Positions 8,651-17,898 of a stretch of 59,313 bases of DNA are shown here, piece by piece. The notes beneath the pieces are model-generated. The model was not told the origin of the DNA. It worked only from the letters and a program-made list of their open reading frames with translations, and ran no database searches. The stretch comes from a virus (Duplodnaviria > Caudoviricetes), in the IMG/VR virus record IMGVR_UViG_3300037558_001138, positions 1-59,313 of that record. One strand, given 5' to 3'. The translations under genes and the position numbers were made by a program. Every line of letters begins with the position of its first letter. Position 1 is the first letter of the stretch.

Positions 8651-10078
8651 ATGTCTGCTGACAACATTAAAAAGCTTCGTTTATACGAAGACACGTTCAA
8701 CAGTTCCTCGATGACTGATGAGAATAGCCTTGCTGCTGCTCTCCTCACTCAACCCGACGTGCTGTCCCCTGTAATTACTCATCTCTCCGGCCAGGAAGAC
8801 AAGCGATTCCCGCTTTCTTACTTGACTGAGGGCATGGGTGCAACTAAGTACATCAACGATATTGAGTACGATTACCCAGTGATGGGCCGTATGAACAAAG
8901 CGTTAGAATGCTTGGATCAAACTGGTACTGGTGCTAACCACACGCGTATTAAGTTAGTGTTTAACGAGCGATGGTTCGTTCGCCAATACATCCTTGAGGC
9001 TCCAGATGGAACTCAAGTACGTGTAATGGACGATCCTACTCCTGTAGCTAATGGCTATGAGTATAGCGTCCAACTCGTTGCATCTGACGGTGTTGGTGTA
9101 ACCGCTACTGCTTTTGAAAACAAGATGTTTGTTCAATTGTACGCTCCGGCTGCAATGAGCGGATCTCGTGGAAACGAAAGCCACTGGGTTGCTCCATCTA
9201 AAATGCGTAATCAAATCAGCTTGATTCGTAAGTCTTACGCATACGAAGGCAACATGCCTGACCGTGTAGTGAACTTCGAATTCAATGTTGGTGGACGCTC
9301 TACTAACCTTTGGTATGACTTTGAGGAGTACCAGCACATGTTGCGTTGGAAGGAAGAGACTGAATATGCATTGTGGTATAGCCAGTACAACCGTGACGCT
9401 AACGGACTCATCCACATGAAGGATGATAACGGTAAGCCGATCTCTCTTGGTTCTGGTGTATTCGAGCAGATTCCTAACGTGGATACCTACTCTGAGTTGA
9501 CTACTGCTAAGATTAAGTCTGTTGTACGGGATGCTTTGTATGGAGCAACTGATGCACAGCAGATGAACATCGTATTGTTCACTGGTATTGGTGGAATGGA
9601 AGAGTTTGATAATGCTATGAAGTCTGAGATTACTGCAGGCTCTTACATTAAGAACACTGACCCAGCTAGCTTTATCAGCGGTTCTGGTAGCAACTTGCAG
9701 TTGGGTGGATACTTCACTTCATACCAGCACATTGATGGGCATACAATCACTGTTCGCCACTTGCCTCTGTTTGACCACGGAGCACGTGCTATGAATAGCG
9801 ATCGTCACCCAGTGACTGGTCTTCCTTTGGAATCTTACCGCATGTGTTTCCTCGATATGAGCACATATGATGGTGAGGCTAATGTTCAGTACATTTCTCG
9901 TAAGGGACGTGAGTTGATGCGTTGGGCTGTTGCAGGTGCTTCTGTACCTCCAGGGTTCGGCGGAAACGCTCTCCGTGCTACTGACGTTGACGGTTCTTCT
10001 GTACACTTCATGAAGGAGTGTGGCATTGCGATCCGTCGTGCTACGAATTGCTTGCTCTTGGACTGCACCAAGTCGTAA
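8651..10078 (+). CDS. Major capsid protein (HK97 fold, crAss-like)
   Basis: 475 aa. MTDENSL, RFPLSYLTEG, MRNQISLIRKS, GSGVFEQI, LFTGIGGMEEFD and HLPLFD resemble crAss-like MCPs. Followed by a strong terminator. Confidence 0.9.
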   Translation: MSADNIKKLRLYEDTFNSSSMTDENSLAAALLTQPDVLSPVITHLSGQEDKRFPLSYLTEGMGATKYINDIEYDYPVMGRMNKALECLDQTGTGANHTRIKLVFNERWFVRQYILEAPDGTQVRVMDDPTPVANGYEYSVQLVASDGVGVTATAFENKMFVQLYAPAAMSGSRGNESHWVAPSKMRNQISLIRKSYAYEGNMPDRVVNFEFNVGGRSTNLWYDFEEYQHMLRWKEETEYALWYSQYNRDANGLIHMKDDNGKPISLGSGVFEQIPNVDTYSELTTAKIKSVVRDALYGATDAQQMNIVLFTGIGGMEEFDNAMKSEITAGSYIKNTDPASFISGSGSNLQLGGYFTSYQHIDGHTITVRHLPLFDHGARAMNSDRHPVTGLPLESYRMCFLDMSTYDGEANVQYISRKGRELMRWAVAGASVPPGFGGNALRATDVDGSSVHFMKECGIAIRRATNCLLLDCTKS

Positions 10079-10098
10079 GTGGTATTTTGGTTAGGATT

Positions 10099-10132
10099 GG
10101 GGGAGGTGTGTTGCCTCCCCCTTTTCTTTTTT
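10099..10132 (+). terminator. Rho-independent terminator after MCP
   Basis: GGGGGAGGT-GTGTT-GCCTCCCCC stem followed by TTTTCTTTTTT. Confidence 0.85.
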
Positions 10133-10160
10133 AATTAGAAACTCAATAGATAAAATAGAT

Positions 10161-10970
10161 ATGTCTTCACACCTCATCACAATTAACCGTCGACCTAACT
10201 CGACAAACCTGCCCAATGAAATTTATACCGAGTCCAAGCGTAAGATTGGCTCAGTATTTACTAGCGGCGGAGATATTATTAGAGGATTGACTTTTGCTGA
10301 GCAGAAGCAATACCTCCCTGAAATTTTAGGCCTTAGTCCGGCAGATCCAGAATTTAGCCGTAAGTGCCGAGAGTACTACCTGAATCTTACGGTAGATATT
10401 CCTATGGCAGGACTAGACCTTGAAGTAGGACTTGACGAAGAGGGTCACCCTCTGAACGTTCTAGACTTTATTAAATACAAGTTTGCTCTTGCTCACCCTT
10501 TTGTCGTGTCTGACGAAGAACAGGTAAACGGCAGCAAGCGTATTCAGTACTTTATTAGCGACGGTCGCAAGGAGTTAGAAGAAGCCAGCGCAAACTTAGT
10601 TATCCGCAAAGACGCGTATAAGGAGTTTATCAAGCTTACTGATAACGAAGACCGAATGAATATGGTTCTTCATGTGTACTCTTACAATCCTGGTAAAATG
10701 ACCAAGGATGAGAAAGAATTGCAATTAGAAGAACTTCAAGAAGATAATCCTCTTTATTTTCTCGATATTTGCAAAGACAAGAATTTGGCACTTACAGCCC
10801 TCATCAACGAGGCTCTTAGTGCAGAGGCCCTTCGTAAAGTAGGCAACAGTATTCTAGACGGTGATATCACCTTAGGAGATTCTATGGAAGCTGCTGTTAT
10901 CTTCCTGAAGGATAAGAAAAATTCAAACGTTTTGACGGCAATTAAAGCCAAGCTAAAGGCTTTCGCATGA
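10161..10970 (+). CDS. Conserved crAss-like protein downstream of MCP
   Basis: 269 aa. Synteny (MCP, this gene, ring protein) as in crAss-like capsid modules. Confidence 0.65.
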   Translation: MSSHLITINRRPNSTNLPNEIYTESKRKIGSVFTSGGDIIRGLTFAEQKQYLPEILGLSPADPEFSRKCREYYLNLTVDIPMAGLDLEVGLDEEGHPLNVLDFIKYKFALAHPFVVSDEEQVNGSKRIQYFISDGRKELEEASANLVIRKDAYKEFIKLTDNEDRMNMVLHVYSYNPGKMTKDEKELQLEELQEDNPLYFLDICKDKNLALTALINEALSAEALRKVGNSILDGDITLGDSMEAAVIFLKDKKNSNVLTAIKAKLKAFA

Positions 10971-10971
10971 C

Positions 10972-11679
10972 ATGACTGTTCAAGAGATGCACTATGCTGT
11001 GGACCAGGGGTTACAAAAAGTAGCCTCTTCGGTTTATGATTACTTCTTACCTGAAGAGGTTGACTTCTGGTTAAACCGGGCGCAGGAAAGATATATTAAG
11101 CAGCGTCTCTACAAACAGACTGATCCGAAGAAAGTAGGCTTTGAAGGCAACGTAAAGCGTATGGACGACTTACGTATGCTTATTACAGTAGACTATGAAG
11201 ATGGGGTAGTACCAAGTGCTGGTACTACTGACAACCCCATAGACTTTGTAAACTTTGACTTGCCAATCGACTATATGTTCCTCGTCAATGCTCGCGTGCA
11301 ATTTCACGTGAACCATTGCGGGGTTCAAGTCGGTACTGCAGACCCTTTGGTTGTCAGGGATTTAAGAATTGTTGAGCAAGACAAAGTATACCAGCAGCTT
11401 CAAAATCCCTTTGGTAAAACCAAAGCAGAGGCACCTGTAGCAGTTGTCTTTGATGATAACGTTAGGGTCTTCCAAGAGCGAGAAAAGTTTATATTAAAAA
11501 CACTGCGACTAGATTACTTGCGGGTACCTGTTGACATTACCCTCTCAACTAGCGTAGATTGCGAGCTAGCAGAGCACACGCACCACGAGATTGTAGATCT
11601 CACGGTGAAAAGCATCATCGAGGCCATAGAGTCGCCACGATACCAGACTACTTCTATCGAACAACAACAATCCGAGTAA
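10972..11679 (+). CDS. Tail ring / head-tail adaptor protein
   Basis: MTVQEMH...FLPEEVDFWLNRAQERYIK...LDYLRVP...CELAEHTHHEIVDLTV is the crAss-like ring protein pattern. Confidence 0.75.
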   Translation: MTVQEMHYAVDQGLQKVASSVYDYFLPEEVDFWLNRAQERYIKQRLYKQTDPKKVGFEGNVKRMDDLRMLITVDYEDGVVPSAGTTDNPIDFVNFDLPIDYMFLVNARVQFHVNHCGVQVGTADPLVVRDLRIVEQDKVYQQLQNPFGKTKAEAPVAVVFDDNVRVFQEREKFILKTLRLDYLRVPVDITLSTSVDCELAEHTHHEIVDLTVKSIIEAIESPRYQTTSIEQQQSE

Positions 11680-12899
11680 TGAATAATCTTATCTCTACGC
11701 TTGTAGTAGAAGCCCTTGATTCGGGTACTGCCCAAGCCGCTATCCATGCTACTTCAGTAGCGAACTCTGCTTCCACAGGAAAGCTTGCTATTCAAGTTGA
11801 CGGTGCTTTTGCAGCTGGTAATGCTTCTGCAGCCGGTGCTAATGCTTTAATCAAGCTCAGTGCTGCTACTGTAATGTCTAACGGTACTACTTCAGTAGTT
11901 TCTTCTTCTGAGTTTAAGAAAGGCGACATCCTTTCTTCTAACTATTCTGCTGCTGTTGCTCCGGCTGATGCTACTTCTAGCATTGACTTTAGCGCAGTAT
12001 CTGCTGCAAATAAGTTGGGAGGACAGATTTTCGTACGCTTCGAGCGTAAGGATGGTAAAGGAATTAATGACTCTGAAACCTTTTCTGGCGAAACTGTAGC
12101 TCAAGTGGTTGCAGCTTTTGCAGCTCGAAAAGGTAACCGAACTACCGAGTTCGACAACTTGACTCTTTCCGATGCAGGATCAGATGTCTTAAACATTGTT
12201 GTTGACGCACGAGCTGCAGAGAGCGCTTTGCACATTAGTGCAAATGATGGTGCTGCGGTCACTCGCTCTTTCCCAGCAAATGATCAAGGTTCTTTGACTA
12301 TTGCAAAAGGCTTAGAGAAGTCTGGTTTTATTTCTATGGGTGCATACAATCAGTATGGCTTTCCTATCGTAGTTCCAGAAAGCTCTACTGTAGCTGGTCA
12401 GGACTACGGAATCTACACTATCGAACTTCGCAAGAAAGTAGGAGGTCGTTTTGTATTTGAAACGATTAAAGTCTTGATTCAAGACGATGAGGCTAGCGTA
12501 CAAAAGACTGTTACGTTTATTGAAAACGTTCTCGGGTTGTCTGCTGCTGATTTGACTGTACCTACAGCGTTGACTAGCATTACATATGTTGTTTCTCTTG
12601 CTGATGGTACAGCAGTTACTGCAGCGGATGTCAGTGACGCCGATCCATTCTTCGTCAAGATTGTTGGCGCAGAAGTAGGAACAACACTTGTTGTTACACT
12701 GGCTTCAGGTGGAGCTGAAGCAACGGTTACAGAAGAATTTGCTGTAACCGCTACCACTCAATCTTTTGCTATCACTGCTGCTAATGCTGGCGACTATGCC
12801 GCAGGCGTGACTCTTACTCTTGATGGCAAGTTGAGAGACTCTAATAATAACTTAAGCGCTACTGCTTCTACTGGCGATACGCTTCTTACCGCTGAATAA
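11679..12899 (+). CDS. Structural protein, auxiliary-capsid-like with C-terminal Ig-like domain (406 aa)
   Basis: Restarted at MNNLISTLVV (TAATG coupling). Ala/Thr/Ser-rich beta composition. C-terminal ~115 aa look Ig-like. Confidence 0.55.
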   Translation: MNNLISTLVVEALDSGTAQAAIHATSVANSASTGKLAIQVDGAFAAGNASAAGANALIKLSAATVMSNGTTSVVSSSEFKKGDILSSNYSAAVAPADATSSIDFSAVSAANKLGGQIFVRFERKDGKGINDSETFSGETVAQVVAAFAARKGNRTTEFDNLTLSDAGSDVLNIVVDARAAESALHISANDGAAVTRSFPANDQGSLTIAKGLEKSGFISMGAYNQYGFPIVVPESSTVAGQDYGIYTIELRKKVGGRFVFETIKVLIQDDEASVQKTVTFIENVLGLSAADLTVPTALTSITYVVSLADGTAVTAADVSDADPFFVKIVGAEVGTTLVVTLASGGAEATVTEEFAVTATTQSFAITAANAGDYAAGVTLTLDGKLRDSNNNLSATASTGDTLLTAE

Positions 12900-12919
12900 T
12901 ACCCTTAATTTTTCTTACC

Positions 12920-13726
12920 ATGTCTCATACTAAACACGTATTTGTCGTCAATAATGCAGACGGCACTGGAATGCAAACTACCGAAGCCTCTCTTGGTGCT
13001 AATGACCTCGGAGTGTACGATAACGATGCGTTTCAAACAAGTATCGCAGCTTTGGACGCTGGCGATACTTTCCAACTGGCTAACTCCCAGTACTCTTCTC
13101 CTCGGTTGAAGTTCAACGATATCGTTAAAGTCGTTGATATTGACGGTACTAATGGTACTGCTCAAGTCAACACTGTGACTGTTGCTTTGGATAGCGGCCG
13201 TGCAGAGATTAAGCTCATCGATGTAACTGACGGACGCGAAAAGTTCTCTATTGCTACTTTCGAAGCTTCTGGCACTGTTGTAAATGATGTAGCTACTGCT
13301 TTGCGGGCTGCAATCAATGGTTCTACTCGGGATGTCTTTAAAGACGTAGAAGCTACTGGTTCAACTAACTCTGTAGTTATTACTGCTCCAAAGAATGTAG
13401 TATTGCGTGTGGCATGTAATGATGCTAGCTCTACTGCTCAGACAACTGCTCCAGTTCTTTCTGTTGGTACTGTAGCTGACGTAAACGCTGAGTTCGAAGA
13501 TGCTCTTCCATTCCAGGGAGTGACTAACATCGCAGGACCAAACGTTGTCAAGCCTGCAAGCAATGCTGCTGGTCAATACGATCGTTTGAGCATCTATGTT
13601 GAAGCTGAAGTTGGCGCACGTTCTGATATGCACGAAATTGCAGTCTACTTTAAGTCAGACAACAATGAAATCGCAGCAAACTTGGCGACAGTCTTTGGAT
13701 TCACTACTGCTACTACTCAATCGTAA
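12920..13726 (+). CDS. Structural protein, auxiliary-capsid-like
   Basis: Ala/Thr/Val-rich. Similar layout to the previous gene (N-terminal xxVV strand, late GQ(D)Y..x.I..E motif). Confidence 0.55.
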   Translation: MSHTKHVFVVNNADGTGMQTTEASLGANDLGVYDNDAFQTSIAALDAGDTFQLANSQYSSPRLKFNDIVKVVDIDGTNGTAQVNTVTVALDSGRAEIKLIDVTDGREKFSIATFEASGTVVNDVATALRAAINGSTRDVFKDVEATGSTNSVVITAPKNVVLRVACNDASSTAQTTAPVLSVGTVADVNAEFEDALPFQGVTNIAGPNVVKPASNAAGQYDRLSIYVEAEVGARSDMHEIAVYFKSDNNEIAANLATVFGFTTATTQS

Positions 13727-13736
13727 TAGCTAACCT

Positions 13737-14312
13737 ATGGCTGCTAAAACTGGATACTGGAGAATTACTACAAAGGCTATTGCAGGCGCAGTAAACTTTG
13801 TATTGTACGATCACTTACCTAATGGAACTGCACGAACAAACTTAGATGTCAAAGTGCAGATTCCTGGTAAGACGGCTTACTTGGATTTGACAGAAGCAGA
13901 CCTTGGCAGTTATGATGCGGCTAATCCGCATTCCTTTACTTTAGATATCGCACCGGGGGATGTTGCAGATGAAACTGCAGCATCCTTCCGGGACGGTATT
14001 TACAAATTTAAAATCGTGTACGAAATCGGTGCTGATACCTACACGTTCGAGGAATACTTCCTACACATTCCTGTAATTGATAAGTGCATTAGCGACAAAC
14101 TTGATACATATCTTAAGAGTATGTGCAACTTGTGCAAAGAGCAAAAGCAATTACAGACCCTTCAAGAGCTTGTAACCATCCGGCAAGGGGTTCTGCTTGA
14201 CATTGGCCTTGCGACTCCACCAGATGCTAGGGTTACAAGCGCTAACGAAAAGATTACCTTGCTAGACAATATCTGCAAGGGCAATGGCTGCACTTGCGTA
14301 TGCGGCTGTTAA
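13737..14312 (+). CDS. Structural protein, putative tail hub, Cys-rich C-terminus
   Basis: Beta-sandwich with DGIYKFKIVY, then helices ending CNLC...CKGNGCTCVCGC. Synteny with crAss-like hub genes. Confidence 0.5.
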   Translation: MAAKTGYWRITTKAIAGAVNFVLYDHLPNGTARTNLDVKVQIPGKTAYLDLTEADLGSYDAANPHSFTLDIAPGDVADETAASFRDGIYKFKIVYEIGADTYTFEEYFLHIPVIDKCISDKLDTYLKSMCNLCKEQKQLQTLQELVTIRQGVLLDIGLATPPDARVTSANEKITLLDNICKGNGCTCVCGC

Positions 14313-14313
14313 A

Positions 14314-15255
14314 ATGAAAATCAATCCAAAAGACTACCTAAGCAATTTTGCTCGAAAGACTGCTCTCAATGAAATATGGGAGTTTGGACGAGAGTTAAAG
14401 GTTTATCTCAAAAGAGTTCTTTTTGGGTTAGATCGTGATTGCGCACGTCGGGATTATTTTATTGGAACGCAGATTTACCAAGCTGAGGATCTCGCTATCG
14501 TCCAAGAAGATGGCTACTCAGGTTTTGAAAATTATGACGATGATATGCCAGGGGCTTCCTATTCTATTGCAGGATTGCGTCAAATTGCGGGCATTAAATT
14601 TTCAGGAACTGCCGGTATGCAATACCAAGTTGGCGGCAACTGGTCGCAACCATTTGCAGTAATAGATGAAACTACTGATGGGCACCAAAATGCGGTGTAT
14701 GCAGATGGCACCGCGCTTATTGCAAAGTATTATGGAACGTCAGACTACACGGGTTCTTCTGTTGTAGGCACTAATCCAATTACCTTAACAAGTAATGCGG
14801 CTAGTGCGACTACACTTGTTGCGCCAGCGGGCATGACTTTTAATCCGGCTTATGTAGATATGACTCCTGTCACACGGGCAAGAAACGGAGTTCTGTACCG
14901 TGCTCCTGGGACAACAGACTCGACACTTTTTGCTGCAATCTTTAATACTTCTCCTTTAACGCCTAATATCAAACCTTTCTTTGCTTATTACGATGATGGG
15001 GCGGCACAGAATGCGAGTATTACAATTCAGTTTGTGTTTAACTCGGGTATTACAGCTTCAGATTACACTGCAAAGATTCAAGTGATACAAGCGGTAAGCA
15101 ACAGCGTTCCTTTAAGCATGGACTTAAATGCTACTCATACTGTACAGGCCCAAGGTACTGAGTTGCCTACAAGCATTACGTTTACTAAAGATAACGTAAG
15201 TTCAAATGTGCAGCATCCTCTATTTATTGAGATTTCTAATATCACTTTAGTATAA
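14314..15255 (+). CDS. Structural protein (313 aa), possible hub/fibre
   Basis: Restarted at MKINPKDY, 1 nt after the previous stop. Helical N-terminus then a Thr/Ala-rich beta region. Confidence 0.5.
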   Translation: MKINPKDYLSNFARKTALNEIWEFGRELKVYLKRVLFGLDRDCARRDYFIGTQIYQAEDLAIVQEDGYSGFENYDDDMPGASYSIAGLRQIAGIKFSGTAGMQYQVGGNWSQPFAVIDETTDGHQNAVYADGTALIAKYYGTSDYTGSSVVGTNPITLTSNAASATTLVAPAGMTFNPAYVDMTPVTRARNGVLYRAPGTTDSTLFAAIFNTSPLTPNIKPFFAYYDDGAAQNASITIQFVFNSGITASDYTAKIQVIQAVSNSVPLSMDLNATHTVQAQGTELPTSITFTKDNVSSNVQHPLFIEISNITLV

Positions 15256-15256
15256 T

Positions 15257-16483
15257 ATGGACATTCTTGCATTAGTTAAACAGTATTGCAAGAATCACCG
15301 AAATGAGACACACGCACGTATCGCTTCGCTGATTCTTGAAGAGAATCCGAAAGTTGAATACAGCCATAGGCATATCCGCCGTTTAGTTTCAGAAGAGCGG
15401 AAACCCAAAGCTTCGGTATCTCAAGACATTACTCCAGACCAAGCGTGCTACACGTATAAAGGAGAGGAGCCTATCCATTCTTTAGAAGAGGCTTTGAAAT
15501 ACTTCCAAGTAGATCTTTCTAAATGGGAGGTATCTCGGTATACCTGCAACAGCTGGGAAGCTCAGACGAAGCAAGGTCCGGTTACCATGCATCAGGTCAA
15601 GATGCATTTAGATAAGAAAAAGGAAGAGGTCGACTTAACAGGGCTTATTGATGATTTGAGGGAGACTCTTGACGGGTTTCAAATCAATCGAGGACCTGGA
15701 AGCAATACAGCTGTTCTCGCTCTCTCAGACTTCCATATAGGCGCTAAAGTGGAGGCTATGGGCAATACCCCTGTATTTGATGTAAAGACGGTTATAAGCC
15801 GCTTACAAGAAGTCGCTACTCAAGTAAACCAGAAACAGTATGAAGACGTTTATGTCTGCTTGCTAGGAGACTTCATTGAATCATTTACCGGGTTGAATCA
15901 CCAATCGACCTGGCACGAGTTAGAGGAGAAAGGCCACGGCACTAACGTAATCATCCTAGCCTACAACATTATCCGCAGATTCCTAACTAGCCTTGATAAT
16001 GTAGCAGGGGTCTATATCGTTAGTGGTAACCATGATAGGGTTACAATGAAGATGGAAGGAGACCCTTATGGTTCAGTAGCAGGACTGCTTGCTTTTATGC
16101 TGCAGGAAAACACACCGTTGGATATAAGGCACAATGCCGTACTTTTGGGAGTAGAGATAGATAGTATCTATTACATCCTTACACACAACCATCTGGGTGT
16201 TTCTAAGGGTGATTTAGGAAAGGCTTTTTGGGAGCATGGACAGCAAGGCGTATACAACGTTATGCTAGGCGGTCACTGGCACTCACGGAAAGGAAAGCGG
16301 GTCTATACCACTATAGACGAGAAACAAGTTGATCAAGCAAACTACCGGCAGCTAGCAGTTGCTCCTTTGTTTACGGGTAATTTTTACTCAGAAAGCAACG
16401 GGTGGAATAGCTCTGCAGGTTATACTGTAATTGTAAATAACGGACAGGGGAAACCCAATGTCTTTGAATATGTACTATCGTAA
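15257..16483 (+). CDS. Calcineurin-like metallophosphoesterase with N-terminal HTH-like segment
   Basis: All five motifs are present: SDFHIG, LGDFIE, SGNHDR, THNH and GHWH. Confidence 0.85.
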   Translation: MDILALVKQYCKNHRNETHARIASLILEENPKVEYSHRHIRRLVSEERKPKASVSQDITPDQACYTYKGEEPIHSLEEALKYFQVDLSKWEVSRYTCNSWEAQTKQGPVTMHQVKMHLDKKKEEVDLTGLIDDLRETLDGFQINRGPGSNTAVLALSDFHIGAKVEAMGNTPVFDVKTVISRLQEVATQVNQKQYEDVYVCLLGDFIESFTGLNHQSTWHELEEKGHGTNVIILAYNIIRRFLTSLDNVAGVYIVSGNHDRVTMKMEGDPYGSVAGLLAFMLQENTPLDIRHNAVLLGVEIDSIYYILTHNHLGVSKGDLGKAFWEHGQQGVYNVMLGGHWHSRKGKRVYTTIDEKQVDQANYRQLAVAPLFTGNFYSESNGWNSSAGYTVIVNNGQGKPNVFEYVLS

Positions 16484-16878
16484 TGGCTGCAGGCAGATAC
16501 AACTTTATCGTGGAGCAAGGCACTCAGCATGAGGTGACCTTTCGTTACAAAAACACTGCCGGAGCAGGGATTGCTCTTACTGGGTATAGGGCACGTATGT
16601 CTGTTAAAGATCACATTACAGATACCGACTTTGTCTACCGCGCTACTAGCAACACAACTGCGGATGATGAGACTGGGTTTGTACAACACTTCGCTATAGG
16701 CGGAGCGCAAGGAACTCCAACAACGGCAGGGTTTTTCACTCTGACTATTCCTACTGGAACTACTACTGCTTTTTCATTCGGGCAAGGAGTATACGATTTA
16801 GAGCTTGTAGATACTAATGGAGTCGTTACTCGGCTTTTAGAAGGCAAGTTTAAGGTTAAGCCTCAAGTTTCTACCTGA
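16483..16878 (+). CDS. Fibre adaptor-like beta-sandwich protein (BppU/LtfC-like)
   Basis: YNFIVEQG...LTGYRARMSVK...GVYDLELVD...VTRLLEGKFKVKPQVS is a pattern common in phage fibre-attachment proteins. Confidence 0.65.
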   Translation: MAAGRYNFIVEQGTQHEVTFRYKNTAGAGIALTGYRARMSVKDHITDTDFVYRATSNTTADDETGFVQHFAIGGAQGTPTTAGFFTLTIPTGTTTAFSFGQGVYDLELVDTNGVVTRLLEGKFKVKPQVST

Positions 16879-17897
16879 TGCCTAATACTGTTGAAATATA
16901 TACTCAAGGCACAACTACTGTTGAAGTAACATCATCGCCATTATCAGTAAACATTACTGAGACAGCTCACACTGTAGAGGTGGCAGCTTTAACACGTGCT
17001 GTAGGTAACGCTACTCTTACAGGAGCGATTGATGTAACGAATACTATCGGTGATGCTTTAGCTGGGGGTACCTACGCAGCTGGTACGACTCTAGAAGCGG
17101 TAGTAAGAGATCTTATTTCACCTTTCTTGGAACCGGCTTTTGCAAGCTTTAGTTGGTCTGCTACAGGAACTCACCAGGCAAATGGAGAGCAGCTTCTAGT
17201 CGAGTGCGGTTTAGCTGCATCGGTTACAGGAGTGACTCTTACATTGACTAATCCAGAGAATTTAAAAAACGGTTCTACTATAAGTGTGACAAATACTAGC
17301 ACAATACCAAATGCGTCTTTTGTTTCAAGCACGAATATAAATCCTGCGAGTCTTTCCAATCCTTTGACACTTTCTACTTCTTACGTAGTACCTATTCAAC
17401 CTACTCCTATTGCAAGTACGATAAGTGCCGCAGGGACGTATCTTGGAAACGATGGTTCTGGCTCAGATGTCGCGATTACAAGAAGCACAACTATTGCAGC
17501 TCGCAATAGATTGTACGTTATTACCTCTACGGCTACTAACGTGTCAAGTATTTCTTCTCTTTTATCTGGGGCACAGGCTACAGTTCTTTCTACTTTAATT
17601 GTAGACCCATCAACTGCAAAACAAAATTTATCAGTAGATTGCACTGCTTCTACTGCAAATTCGAGTAACTTTACATACATTATTATTGCTGGCGCCGGAA
17701 CTCTTGGCGAGGTAGCGGCAGAAGTAAATGGAAGGGGTGTAGCAGACTACACCGATAGCTGGGTAGCAGACAACAACAGTGGTAGTGGTTTTACCCACAC
17801 TGTTGGTACAGCAAGTCCCTCATACAAAGTTTATAGAAGCATTCAACCCGGGGCATTCGACTCGGACATTACTTTGAACATCGAAATCTTACATTGA
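16878..17897 (+). CDS. Putative fibre / virion structural protein
   Basis: Thr/Ser/Ala-rich. AGTTLEAVVRDLISP and C-terminal YKVYRS are paralleled in the next gene. Confidence 0.6.
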   Translation: MPNTVEIYTQGTTTVEVTSSPLSVNITETAHTVEVAALTRAVGNATLTGAIDVTNTIGDALAGGTYAAGTTLEAVVRDLISPFLEPAFASFSWSATGTHQANGEQLLVECGLAASVTGVTLTLTNPENLKNGSTISVTNTSTIPNASFVSSTNINPASLSNPLTLSTSYVVPIQPTPIASTISAAGTYLGNDGSGSDVAITRSTTIAARNRLYVITSTATNVSSISSLLSGAQATVLSTLIVDPSTAKQNLSVDCTASTANSSNFTYIIIAGAGTLGEVAAEVNGRGVADYTDSWVADNNSGSGFTHTVGTASPSYKVYRSIQPGAFDSDITLNIEILH

Positions 17898-17898
17898 T

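Noticed and set aside
3256-10078. Introns or inteins in terL, portal or MCP
   Set aside because: ORFs are continuous and of ordinary length, with no intein-like splice motifs or homing endonuclease ORFs seen.
11559-11678. Track N-terminal extensions (also ORFs starting at 1141, 14284, 38268 and minus-strand 1229, 328)
   Set aside because: They overlap upstream genes or promoter regions. Downstream ATGs with coupling or AT-rich leaders are more plausible.
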